The position numbers and the translations under genes were made by a program. Below are positions 45,877 to 54,719 of a stretch of 62,874 nt of DNA, piece by piece. Where the stretch lies: IMG/VR virus record IMGVR_UViG_3300044691_000465, positions 1 through 62,874 of that record. One strand, 5' to 3'. Source of the stretch: a virus. Its lineage: Duplodnaviria; Caudoviricetes. The notes beneath the pieces are model-generated. The model ran no database searches and had not been told where the DNA came from. It worked only from the letters and a program-made list of their open reading frames with translations. How positions within the stretch are numbered: the first letter of the stretch is position 1; every line of letters starts with the position of its first letter.

Positions 45877-46734
45877 ATGGTTGACTTTGCAAAGAAGAAT
45901 GCGGAAAAGGCAGCTGTCTCGACCGAGGTTGCCACCACTGCTGCTGCCCTTCCGGCCGTTGCTGGTGCTTACGACTACGGCGCCGACGCTGGAGTTGGCT
46001 TCGAGGGGACCACTGCCAAGGACCTAAGCATCCCCTTTATCGGCATCCTGCAGTCCAATTCGCCGCAGGTTGAAGACGGTGGCGTTGCTGGTGCCAAACC
46101 CGGCATGCTGATCAACACGGTGACCAACGATCTGATCGACGGCGACAAGGGCCAAGCCTTTATCCCGGTCCATTATGATCGCGCGTTCGTCGAGTGGGTA
46201 CCGCGCACCAAGGGTGGTGGCTTCGTCGGCCTCCATGACATCAACAGCGAGCTGGTGAAGTCCGAGCAGAAGAAGCAGGAAGACACCAAGACGCGTGGCA
46301 AGATCATTCTCGCCACCGGCAACGAGCTGATCGAAACCGAGTACTGCTATTGCCTCACGTTGGACACGGACTTCGTGTCGCCGACTGGCTTCGCGGTGCT
46401 CTCGCTCACGTCGACCAAGCTGACTCCGTTCCGCAAGTTCAAGACTTCGCTGTTCATGCTCAAGGGCAAACCGCCTTTGTTCGTCAACCGCGCCATCCTG
46501 AAGACGGACAAGCAGAAAAACGACAAGGGTACCTTCTACAACGCCAAGTTCGTTCCGGTTGCAGCCGACTGGAAAACCTCGCTGATCCCCAACACAGCCG
46601 AGTTCAAGGACTTGATCGAGGAAGCCAAGTCGTTCCGTGCGATGGTTCTGTCCGGCATGGCCAAGGCCGCGTTCGAAACGCAGAACGTTGCTGGTGATAC
46701 CGGCAGCGGCAACACCGAAGACGCTCCGTTCTGA
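45877..46734 (+). CDS. Putative single-stranded DNA-binding protein
   Basis: DL.IPFI.ILQ..SPQV, NDKG.FY, acidic/aromatic tail EDAPF; located between two helicases. Confidence 0.65.
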   Translation: MVDFAKKNAEKAAVSTEVATTAAALPAVAGAYDYGADAGVGFEGTTAKDLSIPFIGILQSNSPQVEDGGVAGAKPGMLINTVTNDLIDGDKGQAFIPVHYDRAFVEWVPRTKGGGFVGLHDINSELVKSEQKKQEDTKTRGKIILATGNELIETEYCYCLTLDTDFVSPTGFAVLSLTSTKLTPFRKFKTSLFMLKGKPPLFVNRAILKTDKQKNDKGTFYNAKFVPVAADWKTSLIPNTAEFKDLIEEAKSFRAMVLSGMAKAAFETQNVAGDTGSGNTEDAPF

Positions 46735-46740
46735 CCGCTA

Positions 46741-46895
46741 GCCATGCTCTACGGAGCATGGCCGAGCTCAGAAGCGATATCAGGGTAGCTGCGGAACACG
46801 CGTCCTGGTATCGTCTCGGCCCCCATACCGCAGTTCAGGGGGCATCCCTTCTAGCCGCGAACCTACGGAGTTTGGCTCCGTCGGCTAGTTCTTTT
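46741..46895 (+). ncRNA. Candidate structured RNA ending in a terminator
   Basis: c(TACG)g 9-bp hairpin, nested stems, loop-loop complementarity, CTAGCCG/CGGCTAG plus TTCTTTT. Confidence 0.45.
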
Positions 46896-46909
46896 CAACG
46901 GAGGCTTCC

Positions 46910-47155
46910 ATGTCGCTACTTCGCAAACTGTTACGTCACGAGAACGCCATGGTTGGCCGGGTTACACGGCGCGGCGTTCGAGGTCAGATCAATCGGCACA
47001 TCATCCAAAAGGGCATTCGCAATTGCCGCACCTTCGTGCGCAACGGCAAGACGGTGCACCTTGGGCGTGGGCGTCAAATCCCCATGGAGCTGCATGCCAC
47101 CAAGGGCTGGCGCTACGTCGTTGCTTGGGGCGCATTAGATGCAATTCGGACCTGA
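46910..47155 (+). CDS. Small basic hypothetical protein
   Basis: GGAGG RBS. Confidence 0.55.
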   Translation: MSLLRKLLRHENAMVGRVTRRGVRGQINRHIIQKGIRNCRTFVRNGKTVHLGRGRQIPMELHATKGWRYVVAWGALDAIRT

Positions 47156-48368
47156 ACAGGACGCTGCTCTTTCTGCAGTCGCCGATTGGATGACCAGTGA
47201 TCAACAGCTCTTTCGGCTGTTCGGCTACGCTGGCACCGGCAAGACAACGCTTGCAAGGCACTTCGCGGAGGGAATAGAGGGCAGCGTCCTGTTCGGCGCT
47301 TATACTGGCAAGGCAGCGCACGTGCTGCGCTCCAAGGGCTGTCCGGGTGCTGGCACCATTCACAGCCTGATCTACCACTCCAAGGACCAGGGCCGCTCTG
47401 CGCTCCGGGAGATGGAGCTGGAGCTCGTTGAGCTCATGATCGAGTTGAAGCACGAAGGCGCGTCCGATGAAGAAATCAGCCGACACCCGAACGTCGTCAA
47501 CGTTCGGGCTCAACTCGAGAAAGAACGCACCAGCCTCGCCCGGCCAATCTTCTCGCTCAACCATGAGAGCATCGTTAAAGATGCTAAGCTTGTTGTCATT
47601 GACGAGTGCTCTATGGTGGACGGACAAATGGGAGCGGACTTGCTCAGCTACGGAACCAAGGTGCTCGTCCTTGGCGACCCTGCACAATTGCCACCTGTTA
47701 TGGGTGCAGGTTTTTTCACGGAGGGATGCAAGCCGGACGTCATGCTCACCGATATTCATCGACAGGCAGCAGACAATCCGATCATTGCCATGGCAACAAC
47801 GGTTCGCAACGAGCGGCCTCTCGCCTTGGGAAAGTATGGAGAGAGTGAAGTTATCGAACGGGCAGACCTACGTCAAGACGATGTTATCAACGCCAATCAA
47901 GTATTAGTCGGCAAGAACGTTACCCGCCACGCAAGCAACCGCCGCTTGCGCGCCCTTTTGGGCATCACCTCTGAGGTGCCTGTGCCCGACGACAAGCTGG
48001 TCTGCCTGCGCAACAACAGCGAGATTGGGCTGCTCAACGGCGCCATCTGGAACATCGACCAGATCGGCAACATGGACGACCAGCGCATTCACATGACGAT
48101 AAGCCCAGAGGAAGCGGGCGCCTCGCAAGACGTTGAAGCGCACATGCATTATTTCCTAGGCGCCGGAGACAAGCTGGCATGGTATGAGCGCAAGGATGCG
48201 CAGGAGTTTGATTACGGCTACGCGCTGACCGTTCACAAGAGCCAAGGCTCGCAGTGGAACCACGTGATGCTGTTTGACGAGAGCTACGTGTTCCGCAAGG
48301 ACAGGTGGCGTTGGCTCTACACTGGCATCACCCGTGCCGCCGAGAAACTAACCGTAGTGAGGATGTGA
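47139..48368 (+). CDS. Dda/RecD-like SF1B helicase
   Basis: GYAGTGKT, IDECSM, GDPAQLPPV, YALTVHKSQGS and YTGITRA. Confidence 0.92.
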   Translation: MQFGPEQDAALSAVADWMTSDQQLFRLFGYAGTGKTTLARHFAEGIEGSVLFGAYTGKAAHVLRSKGCPGAGTIHSLIYHSKDQGRSALREMELELVELMIELKHEGASDEEISRHPNVVNVRAQLEKERTSLARPIFSLNHESIVKDAKLVVIDECSMVDGQMGADLLSYGTKVLVLGDPAQLPPVMGAGFFTEGCKPDVMLTDIHRQAADNPIIAMATTVRNERPLALGKYGESEVIERADLRQDDVINANQVLVGKNVTRHASNRRLRALLGITSEVPVPDDKLVCLRNNSEIGLLNGAIWNIDQIGNMDDQRIHMTISPEEAGASQDVEAHMHYFLGAGDKLAWYERKDAQEFDYGYALTVHKSQGSQWNHVMLFDESYVFRKDRWRWLYTGITRAAEKLTVVRM

Positions 48369-48634
48369 TGTATAACGAAGACGATGAGGCCGTTGGCCGC
48401 TTTTGGTTCCACATCATGGTCGTTATCGTGGTGAGCGCGTTGTTTCTTTGCAGCGTGGTGCAGTGCCATGCCGAAGAGCCGGACGGCTACTGGACTAAGC
48501 TTGCATCAAAGTACAATTGCGAGTGGGTGCGCACCAAGCTGAAAATCTATTCCGAAGACGAGCTGATCAAGAAGGCCAAGCGATGGCACATCCCCGAAAG
48601 AATAATAGAGCTCGGAAAGAGCTGCCCTCGATAG
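48368..48634 (+). CDS. Membrane-anchored or exported small protein
   Basis: Hydrophobic segment ending CHA|EE. Confidence 0.5.
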   Translation: MYNEDDEAVGRFWFHIMVVIVVSALFLCSVVQCHAEEPDGYWTKLASKYNCEWVRTKLKIYSEDELIKKAKRWHIPERIIELGKSCPR

Positions 48635-48809
48635 AGAAGGCTCTCGCTCACCTCCACAAACAGATCGCGCAATCAGGTTCTACAGTTGCGTTGATGTTGG
48701 CGCGACGCAAGCTGAACCTCGCTGCGCTCAACGTTTCCCGTGCGCAAGTAAAAATAGCGCTTGATGAGTTCGATAAAGTTCTTGAACAGCTCACTCCGGA
48801 AAGCGAAGA

Positions 48810-50669
48810 ATGACCCTCCTTCAAAATCCCCACACCTTCCGGAGACCTATTGCCATGGGACCTTCACAGCCTCATTCCGAACAAGTGCATGCCGAAAAGT
48901 ACCGAGGCGACGGTGAAAGTTTCCGGGAAGCAATGGGCCGCATCGCGTCTGGCCTCGCCGACGGCGACGATCACTATCAGGAGTTCCGCGACATACTTCT
49001 CAACATGCGCTTCATGCCAGCAGGGCGCATCCAAGCCGCGATCGGCTCACCGAAGCATATCACGCCGTACAACTGCTTCGTCAGCGGCACCATTCACGAC
49101 AGCTTTGCGCACGGCAACGAGGCTGGCCAGAACAGCATCATGGATATCGCGAAGCAGGCCGCGCAGACGATGCGCATGGGAGGCGGGATTGGTTACGATT
49201 GGAGCACGCTACGTCCATCCGGTGATCTCATACGCGGAGTGCAGTCCAAAACCGATGGTCCCTTGGCCTTCATGCCAATCAACGACGCGGTCTGCAAGGC
49301 GACGTCAAGCGCTGGAAACCGCCGTGGTGCCCAGATGGGCGTGCTGCGTGTCGACCATCCTGACATCTTCAAGTTCATCCGCGCCAAGCAGCCCTCAGAC
49401 GAGATGCAACACCTTTGGGACCTAGTGGACAGCCTTCCGGCCGACTACCCAGGCCGCATGCAGATCGCCAACGCGCTGCAGAAGACGTTGCTGCTCACTG
49501 GCTTCAACATGAGCATTGCGATCACCGATGAGTTCATGGAAGCGCTCGCCGCCAGAAAGTCCTTCGACCTGAAGTTCAACGGCCGGGTGTTCAACACCGT
49601 CGACGCGCACGAGCTCTGGGAAACGATCATGCGCTCCACCTGGGATTGGGCTGAGCCGGGTGTGCTGTTCATTGACACCATCAACCGGATGAACAACCTG
49701 TGGTACTGCGAGAACATCGCGGCGACCAACCCGTGTGGCGAGCAGCCGCTCCCACCGCACGGCGCTTGCCTCCTGGGCTCTTTCAACCTGACGAAGTATA
49801 TCAGGGGCTCAGCTGAAATAAGCGAATGGCACTTCGACATGAAGCAGTTTGTAGCCGACATTCCGGCCGTCGTTCGGGCCATGGACAACGTGGTGGACTA
49901 CGCTCAATATCCGCTGCGTGCCCAAGAAGCGGAGGCTAAGTCGAAGCGCCGGATGGGACTAGGTGTAACCGGCCTCGCCAACGCAGCGGAGGCGCTAGGC
50001 TTTCCATATGGCTCACCGAAGTTCCTGATGTTCGAGCGGCGCGTGCTGCTGGCGCTTAACGAAGGCGCCTACCTTGCCTCGATGCAGCTTGCTCGGGAGA
50101 AGGACGCGTTCCCAATGTTTGACGCTTATCGTTACACCGAAGGCGAGTTCATCAAGAAGCTTCCTCACTACTTGCGCAGTGACATCAAGAAATACGGCAT
50201 CCGCAACAGCCACCTGACGTCGATCGCGCCGACGGGCACCATTAGCTACGTGGCGGACAACGTGAGCTCCAGCATAGAGCCGGTTTTCATGTACAATGGC
50301 CAGCGCAAGATGAAGACCCTGGCAGGCGACGTCGTTGTCGACGTGCAAGATTATGGCCTGCGCGAGTTTGGCGTGCGTGGTCGCATTGCTGACGAAGTTA
50401 CAGCGGACGAGCACGTCGCCGTGCTTGGCGTTGCTTCCAACGCGGTGGACAGCTCGGTGTCCAAGACCTGCAACGTATCGGCTGACATGAAGTGGAACGA
50501 CTTCAAGAACATCTACGTGAAGGCGTACGAGCTGGGATGCAAAGGCGCGACCACGTTTAATCCTGGTGGAAAACGACTTGGAATATTCTTGGCGAAGGCG
50601 CACAAGGACGTCGCCGAAGGGGAAGCGTGTACCTTCGACCCAGAAACCGGGAGGCGAAATTGCGAGTAA
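48810..50669 (+). CDS. nrdJ: Ribonucleotide reductase, class II (adenosylcobalamin-dependent)
   Basis: PAGR, NCFV, GGGIG, RRGAQM, EPGVLFID, TNPCGEQPL, IAPTGTIS, C-terminal C...C; no beta subunit in the window. Confidence 0.85.
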   Translation: MTLLQNPHTFRRPIAMGPSQPHSEQVHAEKYRGDGESFREAMGRIASGLADGDDHYQEFRDILLNMRFMPAGRIQAAIGSPKHITPYNCFVSGTIHDSFAHGNEAGQNSIMDIAKQAAQTMRMGGGIGYDWSTLRPSGDLIRGVQSKTDGPLAFMPINDAVCKATSSAGNRRGAQMGVLRVDHPDIFKFIRAKQPSDEMQHLWDLVDSLPADYPGRMQIANALQKTLLLTGFNMSIAITDEFMEALAARKSFDLKFNGRVFNTVDAHELWETIMRSTWDWAEPGVLFIDTINRMNNLWYCENIAATNPCGEQPLPPHGACLLGSFNLTKYIRGSAEISEWHFDMKQFVADIPAVVRAMDNVVDYAQYPLRAQEAEAKSKRRMGLGVTGLANAAEALGFPYGSPKFLMFERRVLLALNEGAYLASMQLAREKDAFPMFDAYRYTEGEFIKKLPHYLRSDIKKYGIRNSHLTSIAPTGTISYVADNVSSSIEPVFMYNGQRKMKTLAGDVVVDVQDYGLREFGVRGRIADEVTADEHVAVLGVASNAVDSSVSKTCNVSADMKWNDFKNIYVKAYELGCKGATTFNPGGKRLGIFLAKAHKDVAEGEACTFDPETGRRNCE

Positions 50670-50902
50670 CAAACATTATCGTCGGCTTGATGATGCTTCT
50701 GTTCTTTGGAGCTGGCATGGCGCTCGCCAACAAGCTGCACAAGCTGCACCCGTCGATCGGCCTCCAGGTCGATCGTGAACACAAGGGCGACAAGCAGCCG
50801 ATCAAGCTGCGGCCGGAAGGCGATGCCTGGACCTGCTTCGGTGGTGGCCGTTATGAGGCAATGGCCAAGGGCGAAGTCTGCCCCGGCTGGGAAGATCAGT
50901 GA
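50660..50902 (+). CDS. Small exported protein (start uncertain)
   Basis: GGGAGG RBS; signal-like IIVGLMMLLFFGAGMALA; two Cys. Confidence 0.45.
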   Translation: MRVTNIIVGLMMLLFFGAGMALANKLHKLHPSIGLQVDREHKGDKQPIKLRPEGDAWTCFGGGRYEAMAKGEVCPGWEDQ

Positions 50903-51004
50903 AGATATTCCTCTACAAGAGCCAATGGTGCCGCGCCGATCTACGTGCGCTGGCGCAGAAGTGGGTTGGCATCGACAACGTTCACCTGTGCAAGGATTTA
51001 CCCC

Positions 51005-51352
51005 ATGAGAATGCTAGTGTGCGGCGGCCGGAACTACGGAGACTTCACTCGGCTGGCGATGATACTCGATCAGATCAATAACGATGGCGTGAAGGTCAGC
51101 GTTGTGATCGAAGGCGAAAGCCGGGGCGCTGACAAGCTTGCTGCCCTTTGGGCTTCACGTCGCAGCATTCCTCTGGAACCGTATCCGGCGGACTGGGACC
51201 GTTGGGGCATGGCTGCTGGTCCCAAACGCAATAGACAAATGCTGATTGAAGGCAAGCCCGATCTGGTTGTTGCTTTCCCCGGTGGCGACGGAACAGCCGA
51301 CATGGTTCGCCAAGCTCGCAAAGCGGGTGTTCGCGTTAGGGAAGTGGTGTGA
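51005..51352 (+). CDS. DUF2493 / YspA-like SLOG family protein
   Basis: LVCGGR.Y, IEGE.RGAD, AGPKRN..ML and AFPGG.GT.DM. Confidence 0.85.
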   Translation: MRMLVCGGRNYGDFTRLAMILDQINNDGVKVSVVIEGESRGADKLAALWASRRSIPLEPYPADWDRWGMAAGPKRNRQMLIEGKPDLVVAFPGGDGTADMVRQARKAGVRVREVV

Positions 51353-51825
51353 TGGAAGCGACACAGGAAGAGCTCGACCGCTTTATGTCCTACGTGGACA
51401 AGCTGCCCAACGGCTGCTGGTATTGGACCGGAGGCCGTTCACGCGGCAAGGGTAACAAGAAGTGGTACGGCACGTTTTGGTTTCGTGGCAAGTCGATCCG
51501 CGCACACCGCTTCTCAGCCGACTACATCGGCAAGTTCGAGCCTCTGCCCAAGGGCAAGCACCGTGATCATCTTTGCGTTTTCTCAATGTGCGTTTGCCCG
51601 GAGCACCTGGAGCACACCACGCCGGAAGTCAATCAAGAGCGCAAGATCGAACGCCTTGCAACCGCTTGCTCGGACGGACTGGACCGCCTGAAGGCGCTTG
51701 GCCTGTGGCCGTTTGATGAGCCAGACTATTCGCTGCCGGTTGGCCAAACAACGTTCTGCTACGGCGACCCGGTGAGCCACGAGGCTGACAAATATCGCTA
51801 CGGCATGACATTAACCAGACGTTAA
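51352..51825 (+). CDS. HNH endonuclease
   Basis: CWYWTG, YG.F, AHRFS, DHLC....CV.PEHL......N. Confidence 0.85.
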   Translation: MEATQEELDRFMSYVDKLPNGCWYWTGGRSRGKGNKKWYGTFWFRGKSIRAHRFSADYIGKFEPLPKGKHRDHLCVFSMCVCPEHLEHTTPEVNQERKIERLATACSDGLDRLKALGLWPFDEPDYSLPVGQTTFCYGDPVSHEADKYRYGMTLTRR

Positions 51826-51896
51826 CGATGCTGAGAACCGCCTGTTGTCTTTTGCGAAAGTTCAAGGCATGAATGGCCATCGTTTCAGAAAAGGAG
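51811..51896 (+). promoter_or_regulatory. Full CtrA-type box TTAA-N7-TTAAC (51811-51826), -35 TTGTCT (51845) and RBS AGAAAAGGAG
   Basis: TTAACCAGACGTTAAC; 19 bp to the -35. Confidence 0.72.
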
Positions 51897-51905
51897 ATCG
51901 GAACT

Positions 51906-52559
51906 ATGACAGCCCAAACCGTCGTCATTTTTGGCAACCAGACCTATACCTACGAAGGCCTCTTTACCCTCTCCGGCCCAGAGCTCACCAAGCTGCACAA
52001 TGAAGCCGCGCACAAGGTTGGTGTTGAACCAACCAAGCGCTTCAGCGACAAGCTGTCTGCGGCCAAGCGCACCTGGGCCGTGCTCCTGAAGGTTGCCGCT
52101 GGCACCGAAGCCACCGTTGCAACCGCACCGTCGGAGCTGGTCAAAGCGGCCACCGTCGAGAAGGTTGTTGTGCCCGAAGCAGAGCGCGACGTGCTGGTGG
52201 TGAAGCCCAAGGCCCTGAAGGCTGAAAAGCCTGCCAAGGCGCCGAAGGCACCCAAGGAGAAGAAAGAGGCTGCACCGCGCAAGCCGCGCGGCAAGCGCTT
52301 CGTATTTCCGAAGGGCGACGAGCTGAAGAAGGTCCGCGAAGGCACCTTCCGCGCCACGCTCGTCAAGATGCTCTCCCGCGAGCAAGGCGCCACGTTCGGC
52401 CAGTGCCTGGGTGCCACTTGGGGCCAGAAGGCCGGAATGGATGCTGAGACCGCCGAAAAGACCTGCTACGAGGCCATGCGGCTGCTCCACTACTATTGTG
52501 GCTACGGCATGCGCCACCTGGACCAGAGCGAAAACCCGCATATCCAAATCTACTTCTAA
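51906..52559 (+). CDS. Lys/Ala-rich protein with C-terminal DUF3489-like winged HTH
   Basis: KAPKAPK linker; LVKMLSREQGATF. Confidence 0.6.
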   Translation: MTAQTVVIFGNQTYTYEGLFTLSGPELTKLHNEAAHKVGVEPTKRFSDKLSAAKRTWAVLLKVAAGTEATVATAPSELVKAATVEKVVVPEAERDVLVVKPKALKAEKPAKAPKAPKEKKEAAPRKPRGKRFVFPKGDELKKVREGTFRATLVKMLSREQGATFGQCLGATWGQKAGMDAETAEKTCYEAMRLLHYYCGYGMRHLDQSENPHIQIYF

Positions 52560-53067
52560 TGGGAAGGCATCTCTACATGCGCTTCGAAAACCTCGCCAAG
52601 CCAGCGGCTGAAAAGCCGCTGGCGTTTCCGGACCACGCTATCATTCCGAACAAGACCATCACGTTCGACGATGCCGCGCTGGCCTGCCAACGCGCTTGCG
52701 CTGACTGCAAGTTCTACCGCTTGGGCTTTAGCCGCTCCTGCAGCGCACTACCGCTCCAGCATTGGCACGCGGTGAGCGGTTGGCTTACAAGCGATCCGCA
52801 GTTTAATCGTGATGAGCCGGATCGGTGTGGTCGCGAGGGCAAGCACTGGCGCCCAAAGCTGTGGTACCGCCTGAAGGGCTGGCTGCGATGAACGCGCGAG
52901 CAGCGGCCATCGCCGAAGGTTGGTTCGACTGGTTTGGCTATTGGTATTTCCTGGACCCGGTACGGTTCGTGGAAGAGGTGGCCCGGCCGTTTTATTTCAG
53001 AGGCACCGCGCGGGAGCTGTGCTTAGCACAAGGGATTGAGTTCCATGACGAGCAAGCGAAACTATGA
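52559..53067 (+). other. Two small hypothetical ORFs (52559-52891 Cys-containing; 52888-53067)
   Basis: TAATG and ATGA overlaps. Confidence 0.5.
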
Positions 53068-53971
53068 GCGGTTGGCGATCGAGGACTTCGGCAAGCACCT
53101 GCTTGAGAGCGGCGACCTGGACCCGATCTACATCGCGTTGCGCAAGACCTTCGTGCACCCGGCAGGCAGCATCCCAGCGCTGAAGCGTTGGATGGTGGCC
53201 TACTGGTGCCTCTACCACGCTGGCACGGCCTGCTACCTCAGCGACTTCGAGGGCCGTGAGTTCTGGCTTGAGCTCAAGAAGGCCGCAGCCAACACCGAGC
53301 TCTCGCCCACTGGCGAGCGCTGGCAGCGCGGCCACGAGCGTCGCCACTTCCGGGGCGAGGCCAGCGTGAAAGCCGTCCGTACGATGATGGGGCGGTACCT
53401 TGATAACCCGGCCGACTTAGTCAATGTGATCATCGGCGACGATGAAGGCCGCGACATGGATCGGCCCTTCATGGAAATTTCGCAGCGCGCCCAGGAGCTG
53501 CCTCTCTTTGGGCCATGGATTGGTTTCAAGGTTGGAGACATGATCGACCGCGTGCTCGGCATACCAATCGACTTTGACAACGCAGCCGTGTTCATGTTCG
53601 ACGACCCGACGAAGGCCGCGCTCCGGCTCTGGCGTCTCAAGGCCGGCATTCACGAGCGCTATGATACCAACGGCAAGGTGTCCAAGGTGCAGGTGACGCC
53701 CAAAGACAAAGACAAGGCAATCAATCAGGTTGTGGACTATCTGATTGAACACTTCCGTAATTTCCAGGCACCTCCGCTTGGCGATCGGCCGGTTGGTCTG
53801 CAGGAGGTGGAAACCATCCTGTGCAAGTGGAAGAGCCATATGAACGGGCATTACCCGCTCTACAACGACATCGACGAAATCAACGACGGGATCAAGCCAT
53901 GGGTGAAGCACAGCCAGACCGCGCTAAATTTCGCAGCAGCCATGCCGCAAAACCCGGCACGCAAAACCTAG
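53045..53971 (+). CDS. Amino acid:DNA transferase (aGPT-Pplase family) for thymidine hypermodification
   Basis: GDLDPIY, AYWCLYH, ERRHFRG, FGPWIGFK..DM and ETILCKWKSH..GHY. Confidence 0.85.
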   Translation: MTSKRNYERLAIEDFGKHLLESGDLDPIYIALRKTFVHPAGSIPALKRWMVAYWCLYHAGTACYLSDFEGREFWLELKKAAANTELSPTGERWQRGHERRHFRGEASVKAVRTMMGRYLDNPADLVNVIIGDDEGRDMDRPFMEISQRAQELPLFGPWIGFKVGDMIDRVLGIPIDFDNAAVFMFDDPTKAALRLWRLKAGIHERYDTNGKVSKVQVTPKDKDKAINQVVDYLIEHFRNFQAPPLGDRPVGLQEVETILCKWKSHMNGHYPLYNDIDEINDGIKPWVKHSQTALNFAAAMPQNPARKT

Positions 53972-54089
53972 TACGTGGCGACAATTACTTTCGCCAGCTC
54001 TACTATGCAGCGGAGTTGGAGCTCATGCGCCATGATCAGCTTGTCTCCGAGGGCTACTTGTTCTTTCAAGACGGCTACTGGAGACCGTG

Positions 54090-54719
54090 ATGCGCTTGAA
54101 CAATTTCATATTCCGCTGGCGCCTTGCACGCCGCAACCGGCTCCAGGAGTGGCACACCAAGTTTCTCTGGTGGCCACGCGACGTGTTCTGGCAAGAAGGG
54201 GATTGGGGCTACCACTGGCTTATCCACGTGCAGCGTCGCCGCTGCTACGGCCACTGGTTTGATCAGTACTACACCGAGTATCGTCGGCTGGAGCGGATGT
54301 GGTGACCACGTGCACGATCAAACACTTCTCCAGCCTGGGTGGTGGCGGGACCAACATTTGGATCGAGCACGAGGGCAAGCGCTACTATTCCCGCGTCAAC
54401 TACATAATCCAAAACAGCACTGGCATGCAGAACCTCTGCATCATGGAATTTCATAAACGGAGAAAGATATATGGCACGTACTGACGCGGAGATCGAAGCA
54501 GCGATTGTGCTTCACAAAAAGATCAGGACCAACGGCCTGCAGCGCGCCATTGACATTATGGAGCCGACGGAGAAGGCCTATGCACGTCGGCTGATCTGCC
54601 ACGCGCTGGAGGACATGATTGCACCGAAGGTTACAGCTGGCGAACCGCAGTCCCACTCCGATGGCACGCCAGCGCGGCCGGACCTTGGCCTGCTACGTGG
54701 CCGTGGCGGAGAAGCCTGA
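54090..54719 (+). other. Three small hypothetical ORFs inside the modification cluster (54090-54305, 54299-54484, 54471-54719)
   Basis: Overlapping ORFs with RBS-like sequences. Confidence 0.45.

Noticed and set aside
46741-46895. tRNA or cobalamin riboswitch upstream of the class II RNR region
   Set aside because: No cloverleaf with T-loop and CCA, and no B12-box consensus; kept only as an unknown structured RNA
49385-49495. Insertion in NrdJ as an intein or intron
   Set aside because: Only about 35 aa, in frame, with no C/S...HN splice motifs
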